A DNA stretch of 64,000 nucleotides, from NCBI GenBank assembly GCA_041483895.1, contig JBGPGO010000005.1, positions 160,001 through 224,000 on the forward strand, given 5' to 3'. Shown here in pieces: positions 1 to 10,047 of the stretch (the first letter of the stretch is position 1; every line of letters starts with the position of its first letter). Below the pieces are notes generated by a model. That model saw only the letters and a program-made list of their open reading frames with translations. It did no database searches and was not told where the DNA came from. The position numbers were made by a program, and so were the translations under genes. This stretch comes from Fimbriimonadia bacterium (GTDB lineage: Bacteria > Armatimonadota > Fimbriimonadia > Fimbriimonadales > JABRVX01).

Positions 1-54
1 TATTAGCGTTATCCAAGCCAATCCAATGGCAGTCCGACCGTTGAAAACCCTCAT
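1..54 (-). CDS. 5' end of a probably secreted or membrane protein (runs off the window)
   Basis: ATG at 54 preceded by AAGGAGG; reads MRVFNGRTAIGLAWITLI, which looks like a signal peptide. Confidence 0.55.
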   Translation of the reverse strand, partial: MRVFNGRTAIGLAWITLI

Positions 55-144
55 GCAATCCTCCTTGATCTGGCAATTCACGCCAATTCTGACCAGTGTA
101 GCACCTTCCACACGCCATTTCAAGCTGAATTTCAGCGTTTTGAC

Positions 145-726
145 CTATCCGTCCACCGCTCCCAATGGGTGATCGCCTCCGTGCCGGCGAATGAGCTCGT
201 CGTGCACGCGCTGAATCAGATCCGATTTTTGCACGTTTATTCCCGGACAATTGTGCGTTGTCTTCGGATCCTCTTTATGGAAATGAATCGTGTGGGAATC
301 GATGCCGGCGGCGGCATGCAGCGTAGCGAGCGCAGAAACCGCATTGTCCCGGACCTTGGCACCCGAACCCGTGTCGAACGCCTCTGTGCTATAGTCTCCC
401 ACCATTTCCACGCCCCAGGAAATCGCGTTCCATGACGGCGAATGGACGCCGGAAGTTGTTAGGTGCGTGAACACCCAAATGAGATCGTCCGCAACAAATA
501 GATGCGGCCCCGCCGACCACTTGTGCGTGTCCCGATAAAAGTGTTCCAGGTTCTTCATCCGCTGCTCCCCCGAAACAGAATGCCACTGGGAAAGTTTGGG
601 CGATCCTGTGTTATGAACCACCACAAACGACGGCCGCCAAGCCGGAAATACCAGCGTTTCAACATATTCCTCAAATTCGTCTGGAGAAAACTCCCGGCCG
701 ACGATGCCCTTCCATTTTGCCACCAC
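145..726 (-). CDS. N-acetylmuramoyl-L-alanine amidase (Amidase_2/PGRP-like)
   Basis: VVHNT, GPHLFV, GVHSPSWN, GVEMVG and H...CPG zinc-amidase motifs. Confidence 0.85.
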   Translation of the reverse strand: MVAKWKGIVGREFSPDEFEEYVETLVFPAWRPSFVVVHNTGSPKLSQWHSVSGEQRMKNLEHFYRDTHKWSAGPHLFVADDLIWVFTHLTTSGVHSPSWNAISWGVEMVGDYSTEAFDTGSGAKVRDNAVSALATLHAAAGIDSHTIHFHKEDPKTTHNCPGINVQKSDLIQRVHDELIRRHGGDHPLGAVDG

Positions 727-734
727 ACACCCCC

Positions 735-2663
735 TTACATTCGCGCCTTGATTCGATTGAGAATTTCGTTTCGCGTCGCAGCGTCTTCGTCGAAGCCCCC
801 ATGCGATGTGGACTGCGACAAAAACCCGTCCTGATTTCTATCTTGGCACGAGGTAATAAAATCCCACGTCGCAATATCGGCTGGCCGGTTCTGCTTTGCA
901 GCATCGGAATACCGTTGCATTCCCAAAATCGGCGTCTGCTTCTTATGCTCGCAAGCATTGGAAACTAAGTACAAGAGTGAGCGGTTGTATGGCAATGGAT
1001 GGCAGTTATCATCCTGCTCTTGCCTTTCGCTCAGTTGAAATTGCGTATAGCAGTTAACGCCATGATTGCCAAAGCAAGGTCGAACGATCTGATCGAAAAG
1101 ATCCACTCGGATTGCCGGAGCCATCAGGTAGATGCCGTCAACATGGAATCCGGCCTGTAGCATCGGCTGCAGCAGATGCGCGTGAAAATTCGCGCCCGCG
1201 CTGTGTCCAATCAGGTGAAATCGCAACCGATCCTTGACCTCTTCCGCCCTTTCCCGAAACGCCTCATATAGGATGCGAATCCCGCCGTCCGGATTCCGTG
1301 TTGCCTGCGCGGCGTTCTCTTTGATCTCGTCCCAGCTCGCGGTTCCCAATGCGGAGCAGAGCTGCTCGATGCGGTCATCTTTCCAATCCGTGAGCTTGTC
1401 CCAAAACGCGCCCGCCGCGGGCCGCGAGTCGATGCCGAAGAACTCCTCAATCATGTACTTTAGGACCTGCTGCCATCCGGTTTCCCACATGAAGAAAACG
1501 GGGAAAACTCCGGCGGCGTGCAGCGCCGGCACCCAACATTTCGCGGTGTCCTCCGCCGCGGCCTCGTCTACCAACCCGCCGTGCGCGTAGAGCGCAACAT
1601 CGATCTTGCCATTGTGCTCGTATTGGCTCCGCTCACTAAGGAGATAGTTCGAGACCAGATCGAGCAGATCGTGGGGCGCCGTTCGGAACTTGCCGCTCGA
1701 GGACAGTCTGCCGTTGTTTTCCAGATCGACAATGTATGGATTAACTTCCTGCGCCGCAACGCTTGAGTCAGACGAGAGTACGGAAACTCTTCCCGCGACC
1801 GGCGCGGTGAGGCCCGCCGGAAGTTGGTCCGTCGCCCGGCTGATATGCACTCCCAGTTGGCCCACCCAGGCGTCCATCCCGTTCGCTTGCCAGTCCATAT
1901 ATGTGAGGCGCGCAAACCCCCGCATCCCCCAATCCGGCCCCCACGAATTCTGAATCCAAAACCCATGCTCGTCGTAACCGACGATAAGATAGGCGTGACC
2001 TCGAACCACACCATCGGATTCCGACGTCTGATCCGGCAGATAGATTTGGCCATCCCGCGGCTTGTCCCATCCAGAATGGACTTTCGAGGTCACGTAGATG
2101 GCGCCGGTCTCGGTCAGTGCCGCGTGCATGTCGGGAATCGAGGTGTGATCGACCCGATAGTACGCGCCGAGGGGCCGGAAGAACGCGTCTTGCACCCATT
2201 CTCGCTGAAACAGCGGTGGCTCGGTCCTCACATAAGCATCCGGCCGATCCGGATAGGGTAGCCACGGATCCAAATCCCAAAACCGCTCCGATTTCCAATA
2301 TTTCAGGGCGCACGCGCCGTGCTTGTGCCATGCGCGCATCGCCCCCCGCGCGGTAGAACCCGCGGTCGGATCGTCGGTGGACAACTCGTCGTATTTTCGG
2401 GCAAAGAAGAACAGCATGTACGGCGAAACCGGTTCCTCGTACGTGCGGGCGATCGTTTGCAGCCGCTCCACCAGGCAAGCCAGCGCAAAGCCGGTGCAGG
2501 CCATCGTTTGACCCTGGTCCTTGATGCCGGCGACGAGGTTCCGATCATCGAAGGGCCGGCTGTTCAGCTCGCGCGGCAAGGCCTTCAGAGTCGGGCTGTA
2601 CATCCGATCCCTCAGATCGATCGGATCCGGATAGACATTGATCTGCCGAGACGGTCCGCTCAT
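735..2663 (-). CDS. Papain-like C1 peptidase fused to a C-terminal alpha/beta hydrolase
   Basis: QGQTMACTGF (Cys), GHAYLIVGYD (His), IQNSWG (Asn); C-terminal YAHGG, GHSAG nucleophile elbow and HGGFD. Confidence 0.85.
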   Translation of the reverse strand: MSGPSRQINVYPDPIDLRDRMYSPTLKALPRELNSRPFDDRNLVAGIKDQGQTMACTGFALACLVERLQTIARTYEEPVSPYMLFFFARKYDELSTDDPTAGSTARGAMRAWHKHGACALKYWKSERFWDLDPWLPYPDRPDAYVRTEPPLFQREWVQDAFFRPLGAYYRVDHTSIPDMHAALTETGAIYVTSKVHSGWDKPRDGQIYLPDQTSESDGVVRGHAYLIVGYDEHGFWIQNSWGPDWGMRGFARLTYMDWQANGMDAWVGQLGVHISRATDQLPAGLTAPVAGRVSVLSSDSSVAAQEVNPYIVDLENNGRLSSSGKFRTAPHDLLDLVSNYLLSERSQYEHNGKIDVALYAHGGLVDEAAAEDTAKCWVPALHAAGVFPVFFMWETGWQQVLKYMIEEFFGIDSRPAAGAFWDKLTDWKDDRIEQLCSALGTASWDEIKENAAQATRNPDGGIRILYEAFRERAEEVKDRLRFHLIGHSAGANFHAHLLQPMLQAGFHVDGIYLMAPAIRVDLFDQIVRPCFGNHGVNCYTQFQLSERQEQDDNCHPLPYNRSLLYLVSNACEHKKQTPILGMQRYSDAAKQNRPADIATWDFITSCQDRNQDGFLSQSTSHGGFDEDAATRNEILNRIKARM

Positions 2664-2800
2664 TTTCACCCCCCGCATCGTTACCTGGCAACTGCCGTAC
2701 TCTGCAGTTCACGCCCGGTTTTTCCGGTTCCTGCGTCACAATTGGCCGAATAATAAGAATAACTGGAAACATTAGAACCTATACTAGAAGAATGTCTACT

Positions 2801-2830
2801 ATTATAACCTAACCGTCTACCATTTGTCAA
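2801..2830 (-). promoter_or_regulatory. Consensus sigma70 promoter for the C1 peptidase-amidase genes
   Basis: Minus strand TTGACA-N18-TATAAT in an AT-rich intergenic region. Confidence 0.65.
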
Positions 2831-2878
2831 GCCTTTCGACCAGTCAGCCAAAATGCCATAATCGACAACCCAACCAAC

Positions 2879-5137
2879 ATGCCTGAAAAGCCTTCCGTCC
2901 TCATCGTCGGTCCCATCCCGCCTCCCGTTGGTGGAGTGGAGACTCAAATCACCGCGCTGCTCGAGTCGCCGCTCAACGAGCGGTTTGATCTGATTCATTG
3001 CAACACGAGCAAAGGCCGGCCGAAACAGACCCAGGGCCGGTTCGATGCTGGGAACGTGGCGTGGGCGCTCCGGCATTTTCGGCGTCTGTCCAACGACCTG
3101 AAGACGCACAAGCCGGACATTGTCTACATGCCGATCTCCTCGACCCTCTCCGGGTTCCTGCGCGATTCCATCTTCGTCCGAATCATCAACCGACACAAGA
3201 ACCTGCTTGTCGGGCATGTGCACGGGGGAGATTTCGACCGCCTCTATCAGGCGTCGAGCCCCATGCTTCGCAAACATATCGTCCGCACGCTCAATCGAAA
3301 CGACGTGATCTGCGCCCTGGGAACCATGTGGAAACGGCTGTTCTGGGATGTCCGCGTCCGCGCCGAAGTTCGGATCGTTCCGCCGACCACGCGGGAAGAG
3401 GTGTTTGATCGAGGGGCGCAGGTCAAGCGGTCGCCGGAAAACGTGGACGGCCGTGTCACCGTGCTGTTTGTCGGTCAGGTTGGGAAGCGGAAAGGCGCCT
3501 TCGACATTTTGGACGCGGCAAAAAGAATCCGCGCGGAGGCCCCGCAGAGTCGGCTGCTAATGGTTGGGCCGGATGAGTTTGCCGGAGAATGGGATCAGGT
3601 GATGGCGAAGGTCAAGCGGCTTGGCCTCACAGACTATATCGAGTTCACCGGTCCGTTGCAGGGAGAAGACCTGCTGCAGACCTACGTGCGGGGCGATTTG
3701 CTGCTGCTACCGTCCTATCATGAGGGGTTTCCTGCCGTCCTGATCGAGGCGGGCGCGTTTGGCCAGCCGGTCATCACTACCCCTGTCGGCGCGATTGCCG
3801 ATTACGTGACCGAGGGAGAGAACGGATTCCTTGTGCAGCCCGGCAATTCCGATGAGATTGCGGACCGTGTGATCCGGCTCTGCAACGACCCGGCCCTTCG
3901 ATACGCGATGGGGCAGCGCAATCGGGAGGAGGCGCAGGGATATCACCCCGTATCGATCGCGGAACGGGTTGGAGATGCGCTGCAGGCGGCACTGGATCTC
4001 CCACCCACACGACGCGCATTGGCAATACGGCCGCGTGTGCTCTTGGTAGGTCCCGTCCCTCCTCCGGTAGGCGGCGTGGAATCCGTGACGCACAGTCTAT
4101 TGGATTCGGAACTTCGTTTCGATTTCAATCTAACCCACTGCGACATATCGCGCAAGCAGACGAAGGAGTTCGTCAGCCGAATCACCGTGCGGAACATATA
4201 TTGGGCGGCAAAATACACCCTGCGATTCATGGGCATGGTGATCTGGAATCGGCCGCATTTGGTTCATTCACCCATCGTCAGCCTGCCCGTGCCGTTTACG
4301 CGTGACGCATGGTTCGCGATATGGGCCTGGATGTGCGGCAGAAAGCTGGTCCTGCATAGTCATGATGGCTACCTGCCGGAGGTGTACAACCGATCGTCTC
4401 CCCTGCGGCGAAGATTCATGAAGTTTGTTTTCAACCGGGCGAAGCGGCTCATTACCATCTCCGAAACATGGGAGCGATTCTTCTCCGATTGGGGCCTTAA
4501 ATGCCCCATAGATACTGTTTATAATCCGTTGGATCAAAAAATGTACGAGATGCTGAGCGAGCCAAATTGTCATCCTTCACATCCGTGGACCGCGCTGTTC
4601 GTCGGCGCGATCTGCCGGGACAAGGGTGCGCTTGATCTTTTGAACGCTGCGGACGCGGTGCTGAAAACGCATCCGGACGCCCGATTTCTGTTGGTCGGGC
4701 CGGGCCGGTTTGTTGGGGAATGGGACATGGTGCAGCGCGAGCGGGAGAAGATGGGCCTAACCGATAAAGTGGAGATGCCGGGGAGCCTTTCGCTGGAGCC
4801 GCTCGCAGATGCATATCGCAATGCGAACTGTTTTGTGCTTCCCACCTATTTCGAGGGGATGCCCGTGGTGTTGGTGGAGGCGATGGCCGCGGGACTGCCG
4901 ATTATTACGACCGACGTGGGCGGAATTAAAGATTTGGTAGAGGACGGCGTGAACGGCTATATCATTCGGCCGGGAGACACCGAGGCGCTGACAAGAAAGC
5001 TGCTTGATCTCGTCGAGCGGCCCGACGGAATCGATCGGATGGCGGCGGTCAATCGCAAGAAGATTGAAGATCAGTATTTGCAGAGCGCGATTGCCGCGAA
5101 GGTCGCCGAGGTGTATCGGAAGGCATTGCGGCGTTGA
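2879..5137 (+). CDS. Tandem double GT4 glycosyltransferase
   Basis: Two homologous halves, each starting VL(I/L)VGPxPPPVGGVE and carrying EGxPxVLxEA. Confidence 0.9.
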   Translation: MPEKPSVLIVGPIPPPVGGVETQITALLESPLNERFDLIHCNTSKGRPKQTQGRFDAGNVAWALRHFRRLSNDLKTHKPDIVYMPISSTLSGFLRDSIFVRIINRHKNLLVGHVHGGDFDRLYQASSPMLRKHIVRTLNRNDVICALGTMWKRLFWDVRVRAEVRIVPPTTREEVFDRGAQVKRSPENVDGRVTVLFVGQVGKRKGAFDILDAAKRIRAEAPQSRLLMVGPDEFAGEWDQVMAKVKRLGLTDYIEFTGPLQGEDLLQTYVRGDLLLLPSYHEGFPAVLIEAGAFGQPVITTPVGAIADYVTEGENGFLVQPGNSDEIADRVIRLCNDPALRYAMGQRNREEAQGYHPVSIAERVGDALQAALDLPPTRRALAIRPRVLLVGPVPPPVGGVESVTHSLLDSELRFDFNLTHCDISRKQTKEFVSRITVRNIYWAAKYTLRFMGMVIWNRPHLVHSPIVSLPVPFTRDAWFAIWAWMCGRKLVLHSHDGYLPEVYNRSSPLRRRFMKFVFNRAKRLITISETWERFFSDWGLKCPIDTVYNPLDQKMYEMLSEPNCHPSHPWTALFVGAICRDKGALDLLNAADAVLKTHPDARFLLVGPGRFVGEWDMVQREREKMGLTDKVEMPGSLSLEPLADAYRNANCFVLPTYFEGMPVVLVEAMAAGLPIITTDVGGIKDLVEDGVNGYIIRPGDTEALTRKLLDLVERPDGIDRMAAVNRKKIEDQYLQSAIAAKVAEVYRKALRR

Positions 5138-7047
5138 GTTTCGACTGGTATTGGCGTCGGCTTCGGGCGATGGGCGCGGGAGAAATTGCGACTCGCGTTC
5201 GCCGGAAGGTGCGGGACAAATACTTCCCCGCCCGGTATCACAAAATGACGGCGGAGCAGGCGTTCCATCACTTTTTTCCCTCGGACCCGGTCGTCCCTCT
5301 AGTGCCAGACGGTCTGTTCGAACTACTGCTCGCTAGCCCCCACCGCAACCCTCCCCCGCAAGCGGGGGAGGGAGTCCTTCCGACGGATGCGACCGGTCTC
5401 CTGACCGAGTCGCAAGTTGATCTTCGGTCTCCCGACCGCATGGGTACGGCCGAGCTGCTTGGGATCACCCTGTTCGGAACCCGTGTCACGCTCGACGATC
5501 CGCCGAACTGGCGCAAGAACTATATCACCGGACAGGAGTGGCCGGACGCCCCATCGCATGACATCGACTACCACAGCATCGATATCGCGGGCGGGGTGAA
5601 ATATGTGTGGGAGCCCAGCCGCCATCAAGTGCTGACCGCGATGGCGTATCGCTACTACCGGACAAGCGATGAAGAGCTGAAGCAAATGCATGTCCGTTGG
5701 CTGGAGGACTGGATCGCCAAGAACCCGGTGGACCACGGGATTCACTGGACCAGCGCATTGGAGATGGCGGTGCGGATCATCGTCTGGACGTGGAGTATCG
5801 CGCTGATCGATGCGAAGAGCGGCTATCCGAAAGAAACGCTGCGGCGCGCGCTGGGATCGATGGCGCAGCAGGCCGCGCATATCGAAGAAAATCTTTCGTT
5901 CGGCTCGTCGGCCAACAACCATCTGATCGGGGAGTCCTGCGCGCTCACATTCTTCGGCGCGGCCTGGCCCCAATGCAAGATGGCGGGAAAATGGAAACGG
6001 ACCGGATTGGCGATTGCCACGCGGGAATGCTTGCGACAGATCTATCCGGATGGAGTGCCGGCGGAGCAGGCATTTGGATATCTGCCGTTCGTGTGGGAGT
6101 TCTATCTGCACCTCGCCCTCGCTGGAATTGCGCTGCCGCCCAACGTGGTCGAGCGTCTTGGGACCAGCATTCGCTTCATCGATCAGGTTGCCGATTCGTC
6201 AGGATATGTTCCGCAGGTCGGCGACGAGGATGATGGGTCGGTGGTGGCCTATTACGGCACGGGCTGGCCGCGATATGAGACGGTTGCGCACGGGATGCGG
6301 GCCGCTCTCGACACACCGCTTTTGCCTGGAGGTAAGGCCGCGGGGGTCATGGAATTTCCCGACGGCGGATACACGGTTTTGCGAGCATCCGATCCGGAGA
6401 TGGTAGCGGTGTTCGATCACGGCCCGCTGGGTCTCGGCTCTCTCGCCGCGCATGGCCATGCGGACGCGCTATCGATCACGCTATCCGTGGATGGCCAGCC
6501 TGTCCTCGTCGATCCAGGCGTGTATGCGTATCACGAGGACCCTGCATGGCGCGACTATTTCCGCTCCACGCCCGCGCACAACACGGTGACGATCAACGAC
6601 ATGGATCAGGCGCAGATGTTGGGGCCATTTCTGTGGGGCGCGCGCTCGTCCGTGACAAAACTGGCCGATGCCTGGCGAGTCAATCTTCGGGACGAAAATA
6701 AGATTTATCACGACCGGCAGGTGTCGCTGGACGGCCATCGGCTGACGGTATCGGATCGGATCGAGGGGGAATACAGATCGGCGAAGGCGGCATGGCACTT
6801 CCATCCATCCGTTACGGTCGAGCAGGATGATACCGGCCTCATCCTTTCCTGGGACGGCCGCGCGCGATTAAAAATGACGTTCGATCCGAAACCGTTTACG
6901 ATGGAGATCATCCACGGCGAACCATCCCGCAGATATCCAGGTCCCGGTTGGTATTCGCCCTCTTTTGGCCGATTGATCCCAACAACAACCGTTCAAACCC
7001 CCATCGAGGGCTCGCTTTCCACACGGTGCGTACCGCTGAACAACTAG
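5134..7047 (+). CDS. Heparinase II/III family protein (EPS-associated)
   Basis: KYVWEPSRH, W..LE.A.R, NNHLIGE, HGHADALS, VDPG.Y.Y, RST.AHNT. Confidence 0.85.
   Translation: MSFDWYWRRLRAMGAGEIATRVRRKVRDKYFPARYHKMTAEQAFHHFFPSDPVVPLVPDGLFELLLASPHRNPPPQAGEGVLPTDATGLLTESQVDLRSPDRMGTAELLGITLFGTRVTLDDPPNWRKNYITGQEWPDAPSHDIDYHSIDIAGGVKYVWEPSRHQVLTAMAYRYYRTSDEELKQMHVRWLEDWIAKNPVDHGIHWTSALEMAVRIIVWTWSIALIDAKSGYPKETLRRALGSMAQQAAHIEENLSFGSSANNHLIGESCALTFFGAAWPQCKMAGKWKRTGLAIATRECLRQIYPDGVPAEQAFGYLPFVWEFYLHLALAGIALPPNVVERLGTSIRFIDQVADSSGYVPQVGDEDDGSVVAYYGTGWPRYETVAHGMRAALDTPLLPGGKAAGVMEFPDGGYTVLRASDPEMVAVFDHGPLGLGSLAAHGHADALSITLSVDGQPVLVDPGVYAYHEDPAWRDYFRSTPAHNTVTINDMDQAQMLGPFLWGARSSVTKLADAWRVNLRDENKIYHDRQVSLDGHRLTVSDRIEGEYRSAKAAWHFHPSVTVEQDDTGLILSWDGRARLKMTFDPKPFTMEIIHGEPSRRYPGPGWYSPSFGRLIPTTTVQTPIEGSLSTRCVPLNN
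5337..5372. repeat. Palindromic repeat, family D (in frame in the heparinase-like gene)
   Basis: CCCTCCCCCGC-AA-GCGGGGGAGGG perfect hairpin; second inverted copy at 45037-45073. Confidence 0.75.
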
Positions 7048-7103
7048 GCCGCTGTCGAGCGAACCGGTCGCCCTGCCGAACCGTTTTCAAGCCGGCAGAT
7101 GTT

Positions 7104-7129
7104 TGTCATTGATTTTTATGACATAAAAA
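7104..7129. promoter_or_regulatory. Candidate operator palindrome
   Basis: TTTTTATG-A-CATAAAAA and overlapping TGTCAT-N8-ATGACA upstream of the 7269 gene pair. Confidence 0.4.
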
Positions 7130-7268
7130 ACAACGACAGACAGTGGGGCCATTTGCCCGGTAGGCTGTACGATAAAAAGGCGGCTGAGGCTCTGAGTTCA
7201 TTCGCCATTCATTTAGCCGAGTTCAAAGTCAAACCAAAGCGGTCACCTCACAGAGAGAGGAGGCTATC

Positions 7269-8804
7269 GTGAAGACCATCAGCGCAGCCCTCATTGCGAC
7301 TTTCGGGGTTGCCGGTCTTTCCGCCCAGGTTCCGGACAACTCCCCGTGGCCGATGTTGGGCCACGACGCGAAACATACCTGTCGTGCCGTAGCCACCGAG
7401 TCGTCCGAGCAGGTCCGCGGCACGATCAAGTGGACGTACGATCCGGATGACACCCACGATTCATCCAACGAGATTGATGGAATCAAAGGTGGAGTCGCCA
7501 TCGGCCCGGATGGCAAGATATTCTTCGGGACACGGGGCGGCCGGTTTATTTGCATTGACCGGAACGGCGACAAAGTTTGGTCCTATCCCGCCCACAACGC
7601 AAATCCATTCCACAATGGCGCCGGCGGCATCGTCTGCACACCGGCTCTTAACGAAGCGTTGGATTTGGGCGACACCCCGACCGTTCCCTACGACGTCTAC
7701 TACGTAACCGTCGACGGATACCTGGTTTCATTCACATCGTCGGGATCGTACCGATGGTCCGCTCAGATTGGGGACGGCGGCGACATATTTACTCATCCCG
7801 TTGTTGGTTCGAACGGCCGGATTTACGTCACATCTCGGTCTGGATCGGGCGGTTCGACTCACGTCCACCTCAAGGCCTATAACAAATCAGGCACCTTACT
7901 GTGGACATACACACCTGCCACACATGTGAACCAAGAAATATTCGGCGGCCCGACAATCGGCGACGACGGGACGATCTATTTTGTGGACACTATGGGTAGA
8001 GTCCACGCCGTGACTGACAACGGAACTTTCGCTTCAGCGAAGTGGAGTCCGGCCTATTTCAGCCTCGGCGGCGCTCGTGTGATCGGCCGGGCCGCCGCGA
8101 TCGATGACAGTGGAACGAATCCTATTCTATATGTTCCGGGATTCAACGGGACCGGAGGCACCAGCGGCATATTTGCCATCGAGGATCGCGGAGCGAATGA
8201 GGAAGCAAGGTTGCATTGGCCCCTTGAACAGATCGGCGAGACCGTGTATTTTCCTGGCTTCCTCGAAGACTTCAACATCTACGATCAGAGCGAGCGCGAG
8301 CCGTTCGATCAAATGGATGGATCGCCCATGCTGGATACTGATGGGCAGATCTGGGTAGGCGAACAGTACTTTACCTACCTGCCGAGGATGGTGCGAATCC
8401 GCGAAGAGACCCGGCCACTCGGCCACCCATTTGAAGGCTATCTATACGCCGATGGTTGGGCGCTCCGAACGCAGGACGGAGATGAAGAGAACGAGCCTCT
8501 TGGCAATCAAGATGTGACTGGCTGGATCGCCATCGACGGCGAAGGGAATTCGTACGCTGTGGGCGCAGTCTATGAAGATCCTCTGATTATTTCCTGGGAT
8601 CCGACATGGGATTCCAACAATCCACATGGCCTCGGGCCGGTTTCCCAAGGCGGTAAGCGCCGCTGGTCCTTGGTGCCCGATACCGATCCCGCACCTTGCC
8701 TAGACCTTGGCTTCACCGCCCTCGATTCTGATGGGACGATCTACATTCCGTCCGGTGATGGCGATACCCCCGACGGACTATTGATAGCTGTCAATGGACC
8801 GTAA
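7269..8804 (+). CDS. Secreted PQQ-like (BamB-type) beta-propeller protein
   Basis: GGAGG RBS, signal peptide, SPWPMLGHD..HT, repeated P.IG.DG.IY...G.L....G...W blades. Confidence 0.8.
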   Translation: MKTISAALIATFGVAGLSAQVPDNSPWPMLGHDAKHTCRAVATESSEQVRGTIKWTYDPDDTHDSSNEIDGIKGGVAIGPDGKIFFGTRGGRFICIDRNGDKVWSYPAHNANPFHNGAGGIVCTPALNEALDLGDTPTVPYDVYYVTVDGYLVSFTSSGSYRWSAQIGDGGDIFTHPVVGSNGRIYVTSRSGSGGSTHVHLKAYNKSGTLLWTYTPATHVNQEIFGGPTIGDDGTIYFVDTMGRVHAVTDNGTFASAKWSPAYFSLGGARVIGRAAAIDDSGTNPILYVPGFNGTGGTSGIFAIEDRGANEEARLHWPLEQIGETVYFPGFLEDFNIYDQSEREPFDQMDGSPMLDTDGQIWVGEQYFTYLPRMVRIREETRPLGHPFEGYLYADGWALRTQDGDEENEPLGNQDVTGWIAIDGEGNSYAVGAVYEDPLIISWDPTWDSNNPHGLGPVSQGGKRRWSLVPDTDPAPCLDLGFTALDSDGTIYIPSGDGDTPDGLLIAVNGP

Positions 8805-10029
8805 ATACATTACACTGATGGTCGGATTGGGGCTCCTGCCAGCTGTGGCGCCGGGCCAAATCGTTTGGCGACATCAGAAGCTCCAGTCCGGCCTCTTCAA
8901 TGTATTCGAATGGCCTTACTGCGTGGTCAACGGTTCCGGAAAGGCGGCCTACACTGTTGAGACATCGACGGGCATGAACGTATTCTTAGGTCCAGTCAAT
9001 TACAGCACTCTTGTGTATGGTGGACCGAATTCTTCCCAACTCCGAGGTATCGCAGCAGACGGCGATCCCATTTGGCTATTGTTTAACCACCTATACAAAG
9101 GAAACAAAAGGATTGCAGTGCAGGTGAAGGACGCCGATTTTCAAGATGGACTCGGCGGTCATTTAACGTACGTGGCTACGGTGGCGGGAAGAGATCGGGC
9201 ATTCATTGACGAGACAGACGTGACAACACCCGCGTTGGGCGAAACGGGAATCGGTGTGCTGGCCGAAGTTCCGAATGCATACAGCGTCTTTGCGTGGCGA
9301 GGAAAGGGACCAGGCACGGACGGATACTACGACGTGTTCAAGAGCGGGGTGAATCTCAGCAAGAACCTGCTTGGCGCCAATCGCTATGCTTACCCGAACG
9401 GGACGATGGAAAATGGACAAAGTGTTTGGAACGGACGTGGCGATCTTACCGGAGGGATTTACAAGTATAAGGTTTTTGTAGACACGTTCGATCTCACAAC
9501 CAACGTCCTTGGTCAGGCGGGATCCGGTACCGGCTCCATGAACAATAATCATGTCCTTTGGTTTGGAGGCGACGACCGAGGGCCACAGATTTTCCTCGAT
9601 TCTCGCAGTGTCACCGCGCCGGTCGTCGGCATCAGCCATGATATGCAGCTCTACAAATACAACTGCTCCGCCGACGGAAAGGTGTTGTGGGGCGTTCTGG
9701 TTGATGACGGCATCGATCTCTACGTCGAGTCCTACAACCTCAGCAGAACCGTCCTTGGCCACGGAATGCAGGGCGAGGTGTGCGACATCAACGCGAGCGG
9801 ACACGTCGCATGGACCGGGGAGCCGGTGTTTCCGCAATCCGACGTGTTTTACGACAAATTTAATCTTAGCCAAGACGCACTGGGCGCCGGTCGGGGCAGC
9901 TCCATCGTGATGGCAATCGGCGACGGCGGGCACTTTCTGTGGAAACATGCGAACCCGGCCACCCCGAACCGGTGGGACGTATGGCTCTCCACTCCGATTC
10001 CGGCACGGGCGGTTCCCATCAAGAAATAG
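8794..10029 (+). CDS. Secreted ~44-aa repeat protein (paralog 1)
   Basis: Signal peptide; repeated N..G.V.W.G...DVF...NLS...LG; overlaps the upstream stop. Confidence 0.75.
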   Translation: MDRKYITLMVGLGLLPAVAPGQIVWRHQKLQSGLFNVFEWPYCVVNGSGKAAYTVETSTGMNVFLGPVNYSTLVYGGPNSSQLRGIAADGDPIWLLFNHLYKGNKRIAVQVKDADFQDGLGGHLTYVATVAGRDRAFIDETDVTTPALGETGIGVLAEVPNAYSVFAWRGKGPGTDGYYDVFKSGVNLSKNLLGANRYAYPNGTMENGQSVWNGRGDLTGGIYKYKVFVDTFDLTTNVLGQAGSGTGSMNNNHVLWFGGDDRGPQIFLDSRSVTAPVVGISHDMQLYKYNCSADGKVLWGVLVDDGIDLYVESYNLSRTVLGHGMQGEVCDINASGHVAWTGEPVFPQSDVFYDKFNLSQDALGAGRGSSIVMAIGDGGHFLWKHANPATPNRWDVWLSTPIPARAVPIKK

Positions 10030-10047
10030 GCGTCGTCTGCTTAACCG

